Below, piece by piece: positions 19,416-29,279 of a stretch of 64,000 nucleotides of DNA. Source of the DNA: Candidatus Nitrospinota bacterium M3_3B_026 (lineage in GTDB: Bacteria > Nitrospinota_A > UBA7883 > JBPRGF01); NCBI GenBank assembly GCA_051418015.1, contig JBPRGF010000003.1, positions 184,875-248,874 of the forward strand, given 5' to 3'. Position numbers and translations under genes: made by a program. Each line of letters begins with the position of its first letter. Position 1 is the first letter of the stretch. A model generated the notes under the pieces. The model saw nothing but the letters and a program-made list of their open reading frames with translations. It did not search any database and had not been told where the DNA came from.

Positions 19416-20226
19416 CGTCCGCCTCCTCCAGGGCGGCGGGATGGACGAAGAAGCGGGCCGCCAGGATGCTGACCTCGTAGAGGAGGATCATCGGAACCGC
19501 CATCACCACCTGCGTGAAGACGTCCGGCGGGGTGAGCAGCGAGGCGAAGACGAAGCTGCCGACGATGAAGTATGGCCGTTTGCCCGCCAGCGTCTCCGGC
19601 GTGACCACGCCGAGCTTGACCAGGAAGACCAGGACTATAGGCAGCTCGAAGGTTATCCCGAAGGCTATGCTTATCTTGAACACGAACGATATGTAATTGC
19701 CCACCGAGATCATGGGCGAGAGGCCCTCCCCGCCGAAGTTGAGCAGGAAATCGAGCCCTAACGGCAAGACAACGAAGTAGCAGAAGGAGGCGCCGACGAT
19801 GAAGAATATGGAGCCGAGGACCACGAATACCCCCGTGTACCGTCTCTCCACGTCCAGAAGGCCCGGCGCGACGAACTCCCACGCCTGGTACAGGATCATC
19901 GGCATGGAGATGATGATGGCGCCGTACAGGGATATCTTGAGGTAGACGAAAAAAGCCTCCGCGGGGGCTATGAATACAAGGTCCTGGCCCATCCCCATCG
20001 GCCTTCGCAGAAGCTGAAAAAGGCCGTCGGAGACGAAGTAGAGCGCGGCGAAGGCGGCGGCCACCGTCGCCAGGCCGTAGATGAGCCTCCAGCGAAGCTC
20101 CTCCAGATGCGCCGTGAAGGGGAGCCTGTCCTCCGGCCCCACCCGGCGGCGGGTCCCGCTTTTCGCGTAGGGGTCCTCTGTCTTTTCTTCGGCCTCTTTC
20201 GCTTCGCCCGTCTCTTTTTCGCTCAC
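19408..20226 (-). CDS. tatC: Twin-arginine translocase subunit TatC
   Basis: HLEELRWRL, YQAWEFVAPGL, FGITFELP, LTPPDVFTQ, LLYEVSI. Confidence 0.97.
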   Translation of the reverse strand: MSEKETGEAKEAEEKTEDPYAKSGTRRRVGPEDRLPFTAHLEELRWRLIYGLATVAAAFAALYFVSDGLFQLLRRPMGMGQDLVFIAPAEAFFVYLKISLYGAIIISMPMILYQAWEFVAPGLLDVERRYTGVFVVLGSIFFIVGASFCYFVVLPLGLDFLLNFGGEGLSPMISVGNYISFVFKISIAFGITFELPIVLVFLVKLGVVTPETLAGKRPYFIVGSFVFASLLTPPDVFTQVVMAVPMILLYEVSILAARFFVHPAALEEADGE

Positions 20227-20305
20227 TGTCGTGTCCCAGGTTTTGAAATTTTAAATTATAGCAAGCAACACCGGTTTAATGAGCGATCGCACCGCCGGGA
20301 CGGGG

Positions 20306-21124
20306 TCATGCCGTCTCCAGCAGCTCACGCAGCTTCATGGCGTTGGAGACGGCGGAGCCCTGGAAGTGATTGTTGAAGAAGATGAGCGTCTGTTCGGCCT
20401 CCGCGGCGAGCTTGCGTATAGGGGGCAGAAAGCGGCGCAGCTCCTCGTCCGTGTAGCGGTAGTCATAGCGAACCGTCGAGGGGACGTTGAACCAGCGCCT
20501 GTTGCGCCCATGGAAGCGGAAGTAGGCCAGGGGCGAGGTGACCACGGGCGTGAAAGGGCTCAGCCCCGGCAGGTCCGGCTCGTCCACGACGCAGTAGGCG
20601 GCGCCAAGCTCCCGGAGCGTGTTGAAGACGGACTGGGCCACCCAGCCGGAGTTGCGAAACTCTACGGCCAGCCGGACGGACCGCATCGCCTCCGCGAGCC
20701 ATCGCAGGTGGGCCATGGAGTTCTCGTCGCGCCGGAACTTCATGGGAAACTGGGCCAGGACGCATTTGAGCCTGCCGCTCTCAATCATCGGACGCAGGCC
20801 GCCCAGAAAGGTTTCCACGGCGCCCTCGTCCCTCAAAAAAGCCCCGTCGGCGCCGCGTATCCTATGGGTCAGCGACCCGCTCACCTTCACCACGAACTCA
20901 AAATCCTCCGGGACGCTTTTCAGGAGCCCCTCCACGCTTTTGGCCGAGGGCATGGTGTAGTAGGTGTAGTTCAGCTCCACCACGTCGAACCCCAGGTCCC
21001 GCGCGTAATAGGAGAGCATGTCGCTCTTCTTTGTCCCCTTCGGGTAGACCGTCCCCACCCAGTCCTCGTAGGAGAAACCCGATGTGCCTATCCTGATATT
21101 GAGGTCCGTGTTCCTGACGCGCAT
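20306..21124 (-). CDS. DUF72 (YecE-like) protein
   Basis: IGTSGFSYEDW, VELNYTYY, LAQFP, AVEFRN, YFRFHGRN, RYDYRY, FFNNH. Confidence 0.92.
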   Translation of the reverse strand: MRVRNTDLNIRIGTSGFSYEDWVGTVYPKGTKKSDMLSYYARDLGFDVVELNYTYYTMPSAKSVEGLLKSVPEDFEFVVKVSGSLTHRIRGADGAFLRDEGAVETFLGGLRPMIESGRLKCVLAQFPMKFRRDENSMAHLRWLAEAMRSVRLAVEFRNSGWVAQSVFNTLRELGAAYCVVDEPDLPGLSPFTPVVTSPLAYFRFHGRNRRWFNVPSTVRYDYRYTDEELRRFLPPIRKLAAEAEQTLIFFNNHFQGSAVSNAMKLRELLETA

Positions 21125-21188
21125 CCTGAGAAGCTTAGCAGAACAGCCCGCCGATGGGGAGCGGCCTTTTTCGCTGACCCGGCGCCCG

Positions 21189-22019
21189 TCAGCGCGCCGT
21201 TCGGCCCAGCGCCTCGTTCATGGCGCCGGTCCTGTAGCCGAGGATATCGACGGCGGTGTATAGAAAACCGGCTTCTTTCATAGCCGCGTGGATGCGCTCC
21301 GCCATCGCGGGCTCGACGGCGCGCGGGATATCCTCCGGCGAAAGCTCTATCCTGATAACGTCGCCGTGGTGGCGGGCGCGAAGCTGGGTGAAGCCCATAC
21401 CCCGCAGGGCCTCCTCGGCGGCCTCCACCATCGAAAGTTTCTGAGGTGTGATCCGGCTGCCGTAGGGAAAACGGGAGGCCAGGCAGGCGAACGCGGGCTT
21501 GTCCCACGTCGGCAGCCCCATGCGCCTCGAAAGCTCGCGGATATCGTTTTTCGTGAGCCCCGCCTCCTTGAGCGGGCTTTTGACGCCCAGCTCCTCGGCG
21601 GCCTTCGAGCCCGGGCGGAAATCGCGGGCGTCGTCTGCGTTGGCGCCATCGTAGACGACGTTAAATCCTTCATTTTCCGCGAGTTGAACAAGCTTCCTGA
21701 AAAGCTCCCCCTTGCAGTGGTAGCATCTGTCCGGCGGGTTTTCGGCGTAGCCTTCGATCTCCAGCTCCTCGGAGTCTATCACCCTATGCTCCGCCCCGAT
21801 AAGCTTCGCGATCCGGACGGCCTCTTCGAGTTCCCTGGCCGGGTAGGTCGAAGACCGCGCCGTGACGGCCAGGACGCGTCCGCCGGTCTTTTCCATCACG
21901 CCGTGGAGGATTTTCAGCAGAAAAGAGCTGTCCACCCCGCCGGAGAAAGCCAGGACGCAGGATCCCGCCGCCGCGGCCCATTCGGCCAACGTGTCCAGCT
22001 TCGCTTCTAAAATATTCAT
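21189..22019 (-). CDS. larE: LarE-like PP-loop sulfur transferase (TIGR00268 type)
   Basis: AFSGGVDS PP-loop, RCYHCK, DFRPG, WDKPAFACLASRFPYG, GYRTGAMN; start codon uncertain (22019 or 22031). Confidence 0.88.
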   Translation of the reverse strand: MNILEAKLDTLAEWAAAAGSCVLAFSGGVDSSFLLKILHGVMEKTGGRVLAVTARSSTYPARELEEAVRIAKLIGAEHRVIDSEELEIEGYAENPPDRCYHCKGELFRKLVQLAENEGFNVVYDGANADDARDFRPGSKAAEELGVKSPLKEAGLTKNDIRELSRRMGLPTWDKPAFACLASRFPYGSRITPQKLSMVEAAEEALRGMGFTQLRARHHGDVIRIELSPEDIPRAVEPAMAERIHAAMKEAGFLYTAVDILGYRTGAMNEALGRTAR

Positions 22020-22142
22020 TGTCAAAGGCATGTTTCCAGAATAAAATCTTTCCTTGGTAGTATAGCTTATTATGATCTGAGCGCCCTCGATCATTCCGCG
22101 GGGAAAGAAGTTGGGGCAAATCACGGGGCTTTCAAGTCGAAA

Positions 22143-23339
22143 ATGGCGCTGCAGGGGTCTTTCGAGACTTTTCCGCTCACGGATATCTTCCAGATGCTGG
22201 GGATGCAACAGAAGACGGGCGTTCTGACGATCACCCACGGCTCGCGCGTCTCGAAGATACACTTTTTCAGGGGATGTGTCACCCAGGCGACCGAAAACAG
22301 GGTCGAAACTGACAGCATGCTGGGCAAGATACTCGTCAAGTCCGGCCTGATAACCCCCGATGTCCTGATGGACGCCCTCAACGTCCAGCGGCGGGAGAAC
22401 CGCAGACTGGGCGAGATACTCGTGGAGAAGGGGTCAATAGACTCCCAGATACTCAAAAACCTCCTGCAGACCCAGATGACCCAGGTGGTGTACAAACTCT
22501 TCAATCTGAACAAGGGCGCCTATTCGTTCGACCCCGCGGCTGAGGTTGTGGTGGAGGAGGACAGCTTCCACCCCGTCCCCGCCGACCATCTGCTCCTGGA
22601 AGGGGTGAGGCTGGTGGACGAGTGGCCGATGATCCTGAGGACCATAAGCTCGCTGAACATGGTCTTCAGGGTGAAAGGCGGCGTGGGCAAGGACGCCGCT
22701 TTCACCCTCGGGCCGCAGGAGCGGCAGGTGTTCGAGCATATAAATGGAAGGAACTCCGTTCAGGAGATCGTCTACAAGACGCTGTTTTCGGAGTTCGACG
22801 TCTGCAAGGCCCTGTACAACATGCTCCAGGAGGGGATCATTGAGGAGGATGTCCAGGCGGCCAAGAAGAACGTCTTCAACGTCGATTTCGTGAACCCCTT
22901 CCTCCAGGCCACCACGGAGACCATCGAGACCATGTGCGGCATCGCCATAACCGCCGGGAAGCCGCGCCTCAAGAAGCCGCTGGAGCTTGCGCGGGGGGAC
23001 GTTTCCGGCGTGATAGACCTCAACGGCGAGAAAAGGGGCGTGTTCGCCATAACCTTCACCAAGCAGTGCGCCCTGAGCGTGGTAAACAACATGCTGGGCT
23101 CGAAGTCCAGCTACATCGACACGCAGGTCCGCGACGCCATCGGCGAGCTGACCAACATCATCGCCGGCGGAGGCAGGCGAAAGCTGGCCGACCGGGGGTT
23201 CATCTTCTCCGCGTCCATCCCGACGATCATAACCGGCGAGCGCCACTACGTGGAGCACAAGATCGACGGCCCATGCATCATGATCCCGTTCACGACCGAT
23301 TTCGGCCCCTTCACCACCGAGGTCAGCCTCCAGCGGTAG
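22143..23339 (+). CDS. DUF4388 - tandem MshEN-like - CheX phosphatase fusion protein
   Basis: MALQGSFETFPLTDIFQML...KTGVL (DUF4388); LGKILVKSGLI...ALNVQ and RLGEILVEKG...LLQTQ; C-terminal CheX (FVNPFL, DVSGVI, DAIGELTNIIAG, SIPTIITG, IPF). Confidence 0.85.
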   Translation: MALQGSFETFPLTDIFQMLGMQQKTGVLTITHGSRVSKIHFFRGCVTQATENRVETDSMLGKILVKSGLITPDVLMDALNVQRRENRRLGEILVEKGSIDSQILKNLLQTQMTQVVYKLFNLNKGAYSFDPAAEVVVEEDSFHPVPADHLLLEGVRLVDEWPMILRTISSLNMVFRVKGGVGKDAAFTLGPQERQVFEHINGRNSVQEIVYKTLFSEFDVCKALYNMLQEGIIEEDVQAAKKNVFNVDFVNPFLQATTETIETMCGIAITAGKPRLKKPLELARGDVSGVIDLNGEKRGVFAITFTKQCALSVVNNMLGSKSSYIDTQVRDAIGELTNIIAGGGRRKLADRGFIFSASIPTIITGERHYVEHKIDGPCIMIPFTTDFGPFTTEVSLQR

Positions 23340-23356
23340 CCTCCGAGAGAGCCGCC

Positions 23357-23644
23357 ATGCCTACGCCCATCACCGTGACCGGCGTCCGTCTCTATCCCTT
23401 CGACACCAGCGCCTCCGGGGGCAGAACCCTCGCCGTGGCGGACGTGACGCTGAACGGGGCCATCCTCATCAAGGGCTTTCATGTCGTGGAGGGCCGTGGC
23501 GGGGGGCTTTTCGTTGGCTTTCCGGCGGTGAAGGGAAAAGACGGCCGGTGGCGCGATATGGTGATCCCACTGGACAGAGGGACGCGGGACCTTATCCGCG
23601 ACAGGGTTATAGAGGCCTACAAGTCCGGCGTGGAGGAGGGATAG
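23357..23644 (+). CDS. SpoVG family protein
   Basis: ITVTGVRLY...LAVADVTLNGAILIKGFHVVEG..GLFVGFP...WRDMVIPL...IRDRVIEAY. Confidence 0.85.
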   Translation: MPTPITVTGVRLYPFDTSASGGRTLAVADVTLNGAILIKGFHVVEGRGGGLFVGFPAVKGKDGRWRDMVIPLDRGTRDLIRDRVIEAYKSGVEEG

Positions 23645-23664
23645 GGGGCGGCGCGAGCCAACGT

Positions 23665-23689
23665 TGTCATCCTGAACGAGCGAAGCGAG
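23665..23689 (+). repeat. Degenerate copy of the REP-like repeat
   Basis: tgtcatcctgaacgagcgaagcgag in the intergenic gap after the SpoVG-family gene. Confidence 0.5.
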
Positions 23690-23781
23690 CCTCGGGACGA
23701 CAAAACAGCGAAGCGTGGAGGTTATTCAAAACTCTCGTTTTTCGCTGAAATAACCCCGCCCGTCCTGCTAATCTGGAAGGC

Positions 23782-24738
23782 ATGGGAGGAGACTACAGGC
23801 CCGGGGCCGCGGCGAACGGAAAGGTGGACGCGCTCCTTTTCTGCGGCGATGCTGGCGCGAGCAGAGCGATCGAGGGAAAGAGCAAAGCCTACCTGGCCAT
23901 CGATGGCGTACCGCTCTTCGTCTACGTCCTGCGAGCCCTGGACGGCGTGGAGCGGATACGCCGTGTTTTCATGGTCGGCGACAAAAGGCGCCTCGACGCG
24001 GACCTTTCCATCGCAGGCCCCATCGAAAAACCCGTGGTCACCATCGAGCAGGGGGCGGGCCTGCTGGAGAACGCCTGGAAGGGTTTTCTGGCTTCGCTGG
24101 ACGGATACACGCCCGGAGCGGAGCGGGAGAACCAGGACTTCAAAAACCGCGTGATATTCGCCCTGGGGGCGGACTCCCCCCTGATAACCGCTGCGGAGAT
24201 CGGCGAGTTTTTCGACAGGGCGGACATGAGCCGGTATGACTACGTGGCCGGGCTCACACCGAAGGAGGCGCTGGACAGGTTCCGCCCGCGCGGCGGCAGG
24301 CCGGGGATAAAGATGGCCTACTTCCACGTCCGGGAGGGGCTTTTCAGGATAAACAACATGCACATGGCCCGGCCCTTCGCCTTCGCCGTGACGGCGCCTG
24401 TGCAGATGATTTACAACCATCGCTACCAGAAGAAGATAAGAAACATCATCCGGTTGTTCATGGGGTTTCTCGCCCCCAACGCCGGGTGGTCGAAGCTGCG
24501 GCTCTACCTTCTCATGCAGGCGGCCATGTTCTCGAGGAACATCGGGCTGCCCGGCCTGGCGGACAGGATCAGGCGGCGCGTCCCCATCGATGAGGTCATG
24601 GAGGCGGTGGGGGACGTGCTGGGCCTGCGGGCGGGTTACGCCGTGACGAAGCAGGGCGGGGCGGCGCTGGACATAGATAACGAAAAAGATTACATTGCTA
24701 TGAAGCGGATGTTCGCCGAATGGAAAACGGCGCGGTAA
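23782..24738 (+). CDS. MobA/NTP_transf_3-like nucleotidyltransferase family protein
   Basis: DALLFCGD...SKAYLAIDGVPLFVYVLRAL, ADSPLIT, ALDIDNEKDY. Confidence 0.7.
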   Translation: MGGDYRPGAAANGKVDALLFCGDAGASRAIEGKSKAYLAIDGVPLFVYVLRALDGVERIRRVFMVGDKRRLDADLSIAGPIEKPVVTIEQGAGLLENAWKGFLASLDGYTPGAERENQDFKNRVIFALGADSPLITAAEIGEFFDRADMSRYDYVAGLTPKEALDRFRPRGGRPGIKMAYFHVREGLFRINNMHMARPFAFAVTAPVQMIYNHRYQKKIRNIIRLFMGFLAPNAGWSKLRLYLLMQAAMFSRNIGLPGLADRIRRRVPIDEVMEAVGDVLGLRAGYAVTKQGGAALDIDNEKDYIAMKRMFAEWKTAR

Positions 24739-24758
24739 GAACGGAACAGACGACAAAA

Positions 24759-25649
24759 ATGCCGAAACACATCTTTCGGCTCGCGGTTATATTGACGATC
24801 GCGGGCATTCTCCTGCCCGATGGCGCCCTGGCCTGGGGCGCAGGCGTACACGTCGCACAGGGCAGCTTTATCCTGGACAACCTCCACATGATAAAGCCCC
24901 AGATAGCGTCCGTCCTCGCGGCGCACCCGCTGGACTACATCTACGGCTGCATCAGCGCGGACATCTTCATCGGCAAGGGATACAGAAGGCGCGACGACCA
25001 CTGCCACAACTGGAGCATCGGAATGAAGGTGCTGGCGGACTCCTCCGACGGGCCCACCACGGCCTACGCCTACGGCTATCTTTCCCACCTCGCCGCGGAC
25101 GTCATCGCTCACAACTATTTCATACCGAACCTGCTATACTCCACCCCAACCACCAAGGGGCTGGGGCACGTCTACTGGGAGTTCCGGGCGGACAGGTTCA
25201 TAAGCAGAAAACACTGGTCGCTGGCATCGAAGGTGGTGAACATGCATAACCACGGCAATGACACGCTCATCAAAAAAGTGATGAAGCGCAGCAGGCTGCG
25301 GTTCGGCGCGAAGAAGATGGTCTTCAAGCGGGCCGTGCGCCTTTCCGACCTGATCGTGTGGAAAGAGCACGTGGAGCATGCGCGCAACGGCTGGAGGGTG
25401 ACGAGGGACGACGTGGTGCGGCTGAACAACCACTCGCTGAACCTCGTCGTGGACCTGCTGCTCAATGAGGGCCACGCCGAATGCCTCAGGCACGACCCCG
25501 TGGGGACGGACAACACGATCGAGGCGAAGGTTATGAGGAAGACGGATATCCTCTCGGCCCGCGGAATAGGGAAGGACAGGCTGGTTTTCGAGATGCCTGA
25601 AAGCCTGAAGTCCTTGAATTACGTGGACCACGAGACGGTCAGGATATAA
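24759..25649 (+). CDS. Zinc-dependent phospholipase C family protein with signal peptide
   Basis: Signal peptide ending ALA, then WGAGVH; YGCISAD, HCH, GYLSHLAADVIAHN, HVYWE metal-ligand motifs. Confidence 0.85.
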   Translation: MPKHIFRLAVILTIAGILLPDGALAWGAGVHVAQGSFILDNLHMIKPQIASVLAAHPLDYIYGCISADIFIGKGYRRRDDHCHNWSIGMKVLADSSDGPTTAYAYGYLSHLAADVIAHNYFIPNLLYSTPTTKGLGHVYWEFRADRFISRKHWSLASKVVNMHNHGNDTLIKKVMKRSRLRFGAKKMVFKRAVRLSDLIVWKEHVEHARNGWRVTRDDVVRLNNHSLNLVVDLLLNEGHAECLRHDPVGTDNTIEAKVMRKTDILSARGIGKDRLVFEMPESLKSLNYVDHETVRI

Positions 25650-26712
25650 GCTTTTCGAGTCTTTCCGTCCGCTCCGTGACAAGCCGTGGGTTGATCCTCG
25701 ACAAAGTCTCGGCGAAAGCCTCCCGCGCCCCGGCCTCGTCGCCCATCCTCAGGGCGGAGAGCCCCTCCCGGTACGGCGGGAAATAGTCGAGCGGGGCCAT
25801 CCGCCCGGCCTCGGCGAAAGCCTCCCGCGCCTCGGAGATTTTTTTGCTCATCCAGAAAATCTCGCCACGGCGCTTGAGCAGGGATGGGTCCCGGGTCTCC
25901 CCCAAAGCCCTTTCCAGCCGGTCCAGAAATTCCGCCGCCTTTTCCGGCCCACCTTTCTCCAGGTGATATTCGGCGAGGGATTCGAGCGCTTCGGGGTTAT
26001 CCGGGTCGATCTTGAGCGCCTTTTCGAAAAACTCCGCCGCCTCGTCCATCCTGCCGAGTCCGGCGAGCCTGTCGCCCTCGGTTATGTTCCGGTAAAGGGC
26101 GCGTTTTTCAGGATCGGCCATGTTCAACACGAGGTTCAGGGCGTGGGAGAGCGCCCAGGAGGCCCACACCGCGGCGTCGTCCAGCCTGTCCAGCAGCCAG
26201 CCTGCAGGGCCTTTCAGCCGCTCCTCGCGCTCGGCGGCGCCCATGTCCCGCGCGTCCATGGCGTGTATGGCCCTCTCCACCTCCAGAAGCGCCAGCGCCT
26301 GGACGCGCGTCACGGCGGAGGGGACGGCGCCCGCCGCGCGGGGCAGGGCTCCGGTTTCGCCCCCCCTCGCGGCGATGACGGCGGAGAGCGCCATGGCGGA
26401 ATGGTTCCCCGGCGCAAGCCTCAGCGCCTCCGTCACGGCCTTTTCCGCCTTCACAAGCTCGCCCCGCTCGAGGGCGGCGAGGGCGAGGAAAAAGGGCGCG
26501 GCGCGGTTTCCGGGATCTGCCTCCATGGCCTTCTCAAAGTCGGCGATGGCGCCCGTGAGCAGACCTTTGCGGATGAATATCCTGGGATCCGGCTTCACGC
26601 CCCGCGCCGCCTCGGTCAGGAGGCCGGCCGCCTCATCGCGCCGTCCCGCCGCGGCCAGTCTCGCCGCCTTTCGCATGGCCGGGGCCGGGCTTGCGGACAT
26701 GGGGGAGGTCAC
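25639..26712 (-). CDS. Tetratricopeptide repeat protein
   Basis: Repeated helical TPR-like units (EKALKIDPDNPEALESLA; EALRLAPGN). Confidence 0.75.
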   Translation of the reverse strand: MTSPMSASPAPAMRKAARLAAAGRRDEAAGLLTEAARGVKPDPRIFIRKGLLTGAIADFEKAMEADPGNRAAPFFLALAALERGELVKAEKAVTEALRLAPGNHSAMALSAVIAARGGETGALPRAAGAVPSAVTRVQALALLEVERAIHAMDARDMGAAEREERLKGPAGWLLDRLDDAAVWASWALSHALNLVLNMADPEKRALYRNITEGDRLAGLGRMDEAAEFFEKALKIDPDNPEALESLAEYHLEKGGPEKAAEFLDRLERALGETRDPSLLKRRGEIFWMSKKISEAREAFAEAGRMAPLDYFPPYREGLSALRMGDEAGAREAFAETLSRINPRLVTERTERLEKLIS

Positions 26713-27167
26713 CAGATGAGCTGGCTGCTCATCTCGGAGTTGGCGAAACGTATCCTGGCGCAGAGCTGGACGGCGATGTTTTTCATTATGGTGTAGCCGA
26801 GCCTGGGATCGGCCTCCATCAGCTTCTTCATTCTCTCGTAGGGGAGCATGAGCAGGCGCGCCTTCTCGCTGGCCGTGACGTTGGCGGAGCGGCGGGAGCC
26901 GTCCACGAAGGAGAACTCCCCCACAACGCCCCTGTTCTTGAGAAGCTGCAGGCGGGGGACGCTGATGTCGGAGGAGTATCTTTGTATCTCGATCGTCACC
27001 CAGCCGTCCACCAGTATGAAAATGTCGCGGGTGGTGTCGTCCTCCCTGATGATGGAGTCGCCCCCGTCGTACTCTTTGACGACGGATATGGAAGCAAGTT
27101 TCTCCACTTGCTCAGGGCCGAGGTCCCTGGCCAGCTCGCAACCGGTTAAAACCTTCGCCTTGTCCAC
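26709..27167 (-). CDS. Stand-alone cyclic nucleotide-binding domain protein
   Basis: IIREDD...IFILVDGWV...GEFSFVDGSRRSANVTA; no C-terminal HTH. Confidence 0.88.
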   Translation of the reverse strand: MDKAKVLTGCELARDLGPEQVEKLASISVVKEYDGGDSIIREDDTTRDIFILVDGWVTIEIQRYSSDISVPRLQLLKNRGVVGEFSFVDGSRRSANVTASEKARLLMLPYERMKKLMEADPRLGYTIMKNIAVQLCARIRFANSEMSSQLIW

Positions 27168-27253
27168 CCTCGCCTCCAGTCTCCAGGACGATCACAGAAT
27201 TATAACAGACAGGCGCCGCTACCATCTTTAGAAGGCCCCTGGGCTGGGTCCGA

Positions 27254-27286
27254 CACGAGATCCTTCGCTGGCGCTCAGGATGACAC
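27254..27286 (-). repeat. REP-like repeat, best-conserved copy
   Basis: cacgagatccttcgctggcgctcaggatgacac, just downstream of rplI. Confidence 0.75.
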
Positions 27287-27325
27287 GGAAAATACGGGCG
27301 CCTTCCCCGGTGGCGCTTGCGTTCT

Positions 27326-27910
27326 TTACGCCTTCTCCTCCTGCTCTTCCCCGGCGGCGCTTTCCTGGTCCGCCGCGGTCTCGGAGCTTTCGGCGGCGGG
27401 CTGCCCTTCCCCGGCCTCTTCCCCGGCGGGGGCGATCGGCGCGGCTTCAGGCTCTTCCTCGGCGGCCTCGGACTGGACGATCACCTTCACCGCGGCGGAA
27501 ACCTGGGAGTGTATCTTTATGGTCACATCCATCTCGCCGATGTTCTTTATCGGCTGAACGAGGTCTATTTTCTTCCTGTCGATCTCGAACCCGCGCTCGG
27601 ACAGCTCCTTTTCGATATCCGAGTTTGTGACGGAGCCGAAGAGTTTCCCCTCTTCGCCCGCCTTGCGAGTGAACACGAGGGGATCCATCTTCTCCAGCCG
27701 CGCCTTCTGCGCCTCGGCCTCGCTCAATATCCTGGCCAGCTTTCGGGCGCGCTGTTTCAGGTTGTTCTCATAGGTTCTGCGGTTTCCTTCCGTCGCCTCG
27801 AAGCCGAGCTTCCTGGGTATCAGGTAGTTTCTGGCGTATCCCGGCGCCACGTCCACCTCGTCCCCCGGCGCGCCCAGACTGGGCACGAAATCGTTCAGTA
27901 TGACTTTCAT
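27326..27910 (-). CDS. rplI: 50S ribosomal protein L9 with an acidic C-terminal extension
   Basis: MKVIL...LGAPGDEVDVAPGYARNYLIP...GKLFGSVT...PIKNIG. Confidence 0.97.
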   Translation of the reverse strand: MKVILNDFVPSLGAPGDEVDVAPGYARNYLIPRKLGFEATEGNRRTYENNLKQRARKLARILSEAEAQKARLEKMDPLVFTRKAGEEGKLFGSVTNSDIEKELSERGFEIDRKKIDLVQPIKNIGEMDVTIKIHSQVSAAVKVIVQSEAAEEEPEAAPIAPAGEEAGEGQPAAESSETAADQESAAGEEQEEKA

Positions 27911-27969
27911 CCTCAATGTCCTCCAGCCACGAGCCCTCCAGCCCCCCCGGGGGGGCCGGTCCGGCGTGT

Positions 27970-28920
27970 TTAATCCTCTTCCTTCGCGTCTCTGTTCCTG
28001 AAATCCACCCACACATCCGAAAGCCCCAGGGCCGATATCAACCCCAGGATAAGCGGATGCGAGAAAATGATAAAGTAACCTATCGCCCTGAGAAAGACGG
28101 GAATGTTCCTGCTCACGAAAAAGTGGCTCGTTATCCCCAGCCCCTGCAAAGCGAACGCCGCCAGAGATCCGATCAGCGTGTTCAACGCCACGGCGTAGGC
28201 CGCCCCGTCCAGGAAGGCCGACCCGAAACCGCCGGCCACCACGCCCCACACGAAAATGTCCGGCGTCCTCCACGCCGACAGCGAATGCCCGGCGGGATGA
28301 ATCCCGAGGTTGAACTTGATCGACGCGGCGCGGATGACCGCCATGTTCGCTCCCGCCATCAGGACAACGCTCACCAGCGCCATGGAGGGGAATATCCTGA
28401 CGAACGTATCCACCAGCACGGCGCCGTTCTCTTCCAGCCAGTCCGCTGTCTCCACGGCGACCCCGGCGTCTCTGTATGACTCCGCCAGCGCGCCGACAAG
28501 CTCCTCGCCCCAGGAAGCCAGGGCGGCGCCCGGGCTCGTCCCCGAAAGGGCCGTGGCGAGCAGGAAAACCGCCGCCCCGGCGGCGTACGGGGTCAGGACC
28601 GCCCGGGCCATCGTTTTCTCCAGCGTCTCGCCCATCATGCGGGAGCGGGCCAGCGAAAGCGCCATCAACCCGCAGGAGACGGAAAAGAGGACGAAACCGC
28701 CGACGCCGCTTATGACCAGCACACAGGCCGCCCCGGCGGCCGTCAGGACGAGGCCGTTTTTCAGGCCCTGCGCGGCCAGGGCGTAATAGAGGGGAGCAGG
28801 GGCGAAAAGACCCAGCGGCGGGATGGCCGCCGAAGCGTAGAAAAGGCCCAGCGACGCCGCCAGCGGCGCGGCCAGGGCGGCGGGGCTCATCCGCTTTTCC
28901 CGGTCCACGGCATATGTCAT
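27970..28920 (-). CDS. DUF2232 (YybS family) membrane protein
   Basis: Polytopic protein between rpsR and rplI; LQGLGI and LGLSDVWVDFR signatures. Confidence 0.85.
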   Translation of the reverse strand: MTYAVDREKRMSPAALAAPLAASLGLFYASAAIPPLGLFAPAPLYYALAAQGLKNGLVLTAAGAACVLVISGVGGFVLFSVSCGLMALSLARSRMMGETLEKTMARAVLTPYAAGAAVFLLATALSGTSPGAALASWGEELVGALAESYRDAGVAVETADWLEENGAVLVDTFVRIFPSMALVSVVLMAGANMAVIRAASIKFNLGIHPAGHSLSAWRTPDIFVWGVVAGGFGSAFLDGAAYAVALNTLIGSLAAFALQGLGITSHFFVSRNIPVFLRAIGYFIIFSHPLILGLISALGLSDVWVDFRNRDAKEED

Positions 28921-28955
28921 GACTTAAAAGTTCCCGCCCTCGCCCTCATCGCGGA

Positions 28956-29210
28956 TCAATAAAAGGAAAACGGAATGAGCGCCATGTTGCGGGCGCGTTT
29001 TATGGCGGTGGTCACCTTGCGCTGGTGGTGGGCGCAGTTGCCGGATATGCGGCGGGGGATTATCTTGCCCCTGTCCGTCAGCAGGTTTTTCAGGCCCTTC
29101 ACGTCCTTGTAGTCGATATCCTCCACCTTGTCCGCGCAGAACCTGCACACCTTTTTCTGGTAGAAAGACCGCGTCTTTCTCATCGGCGAACTCGTTCTCT
29201 GTCTTCTCAT
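28956..29210 (-). CDS. rpsR: 30S ribosomal protein S18 (zinc-binding C+ form)
   Basis: KVCRFC...IDYKD...[18 protein letters not shown]...AIKRAR; start uncertain (29222, 29210 or 29183). Confidence 0.97.
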   Translation of the reverse strand: MRRQRTSSPMRKTRSFYQKKVCRFCADKVEDIDYKDVKGLKNLLTDRGKIIPRRISGNCAHHQRKVTTAIKRARNMALIPFSFY

Positions 29211-29279
29211 CTGATAAGTCACACTCCCTTGAGTATGGAAAGTTCCGGTTTTGTTCTCCCGGCGGCAGTGGACAGACCC

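Noticed and set aside
21189..22019. A complete lactate racemase cofactor (lar) system
   Set aside because: Only the larE-like gene is present; no larA, larB or larC in the window, and stand-alone homologs are common.
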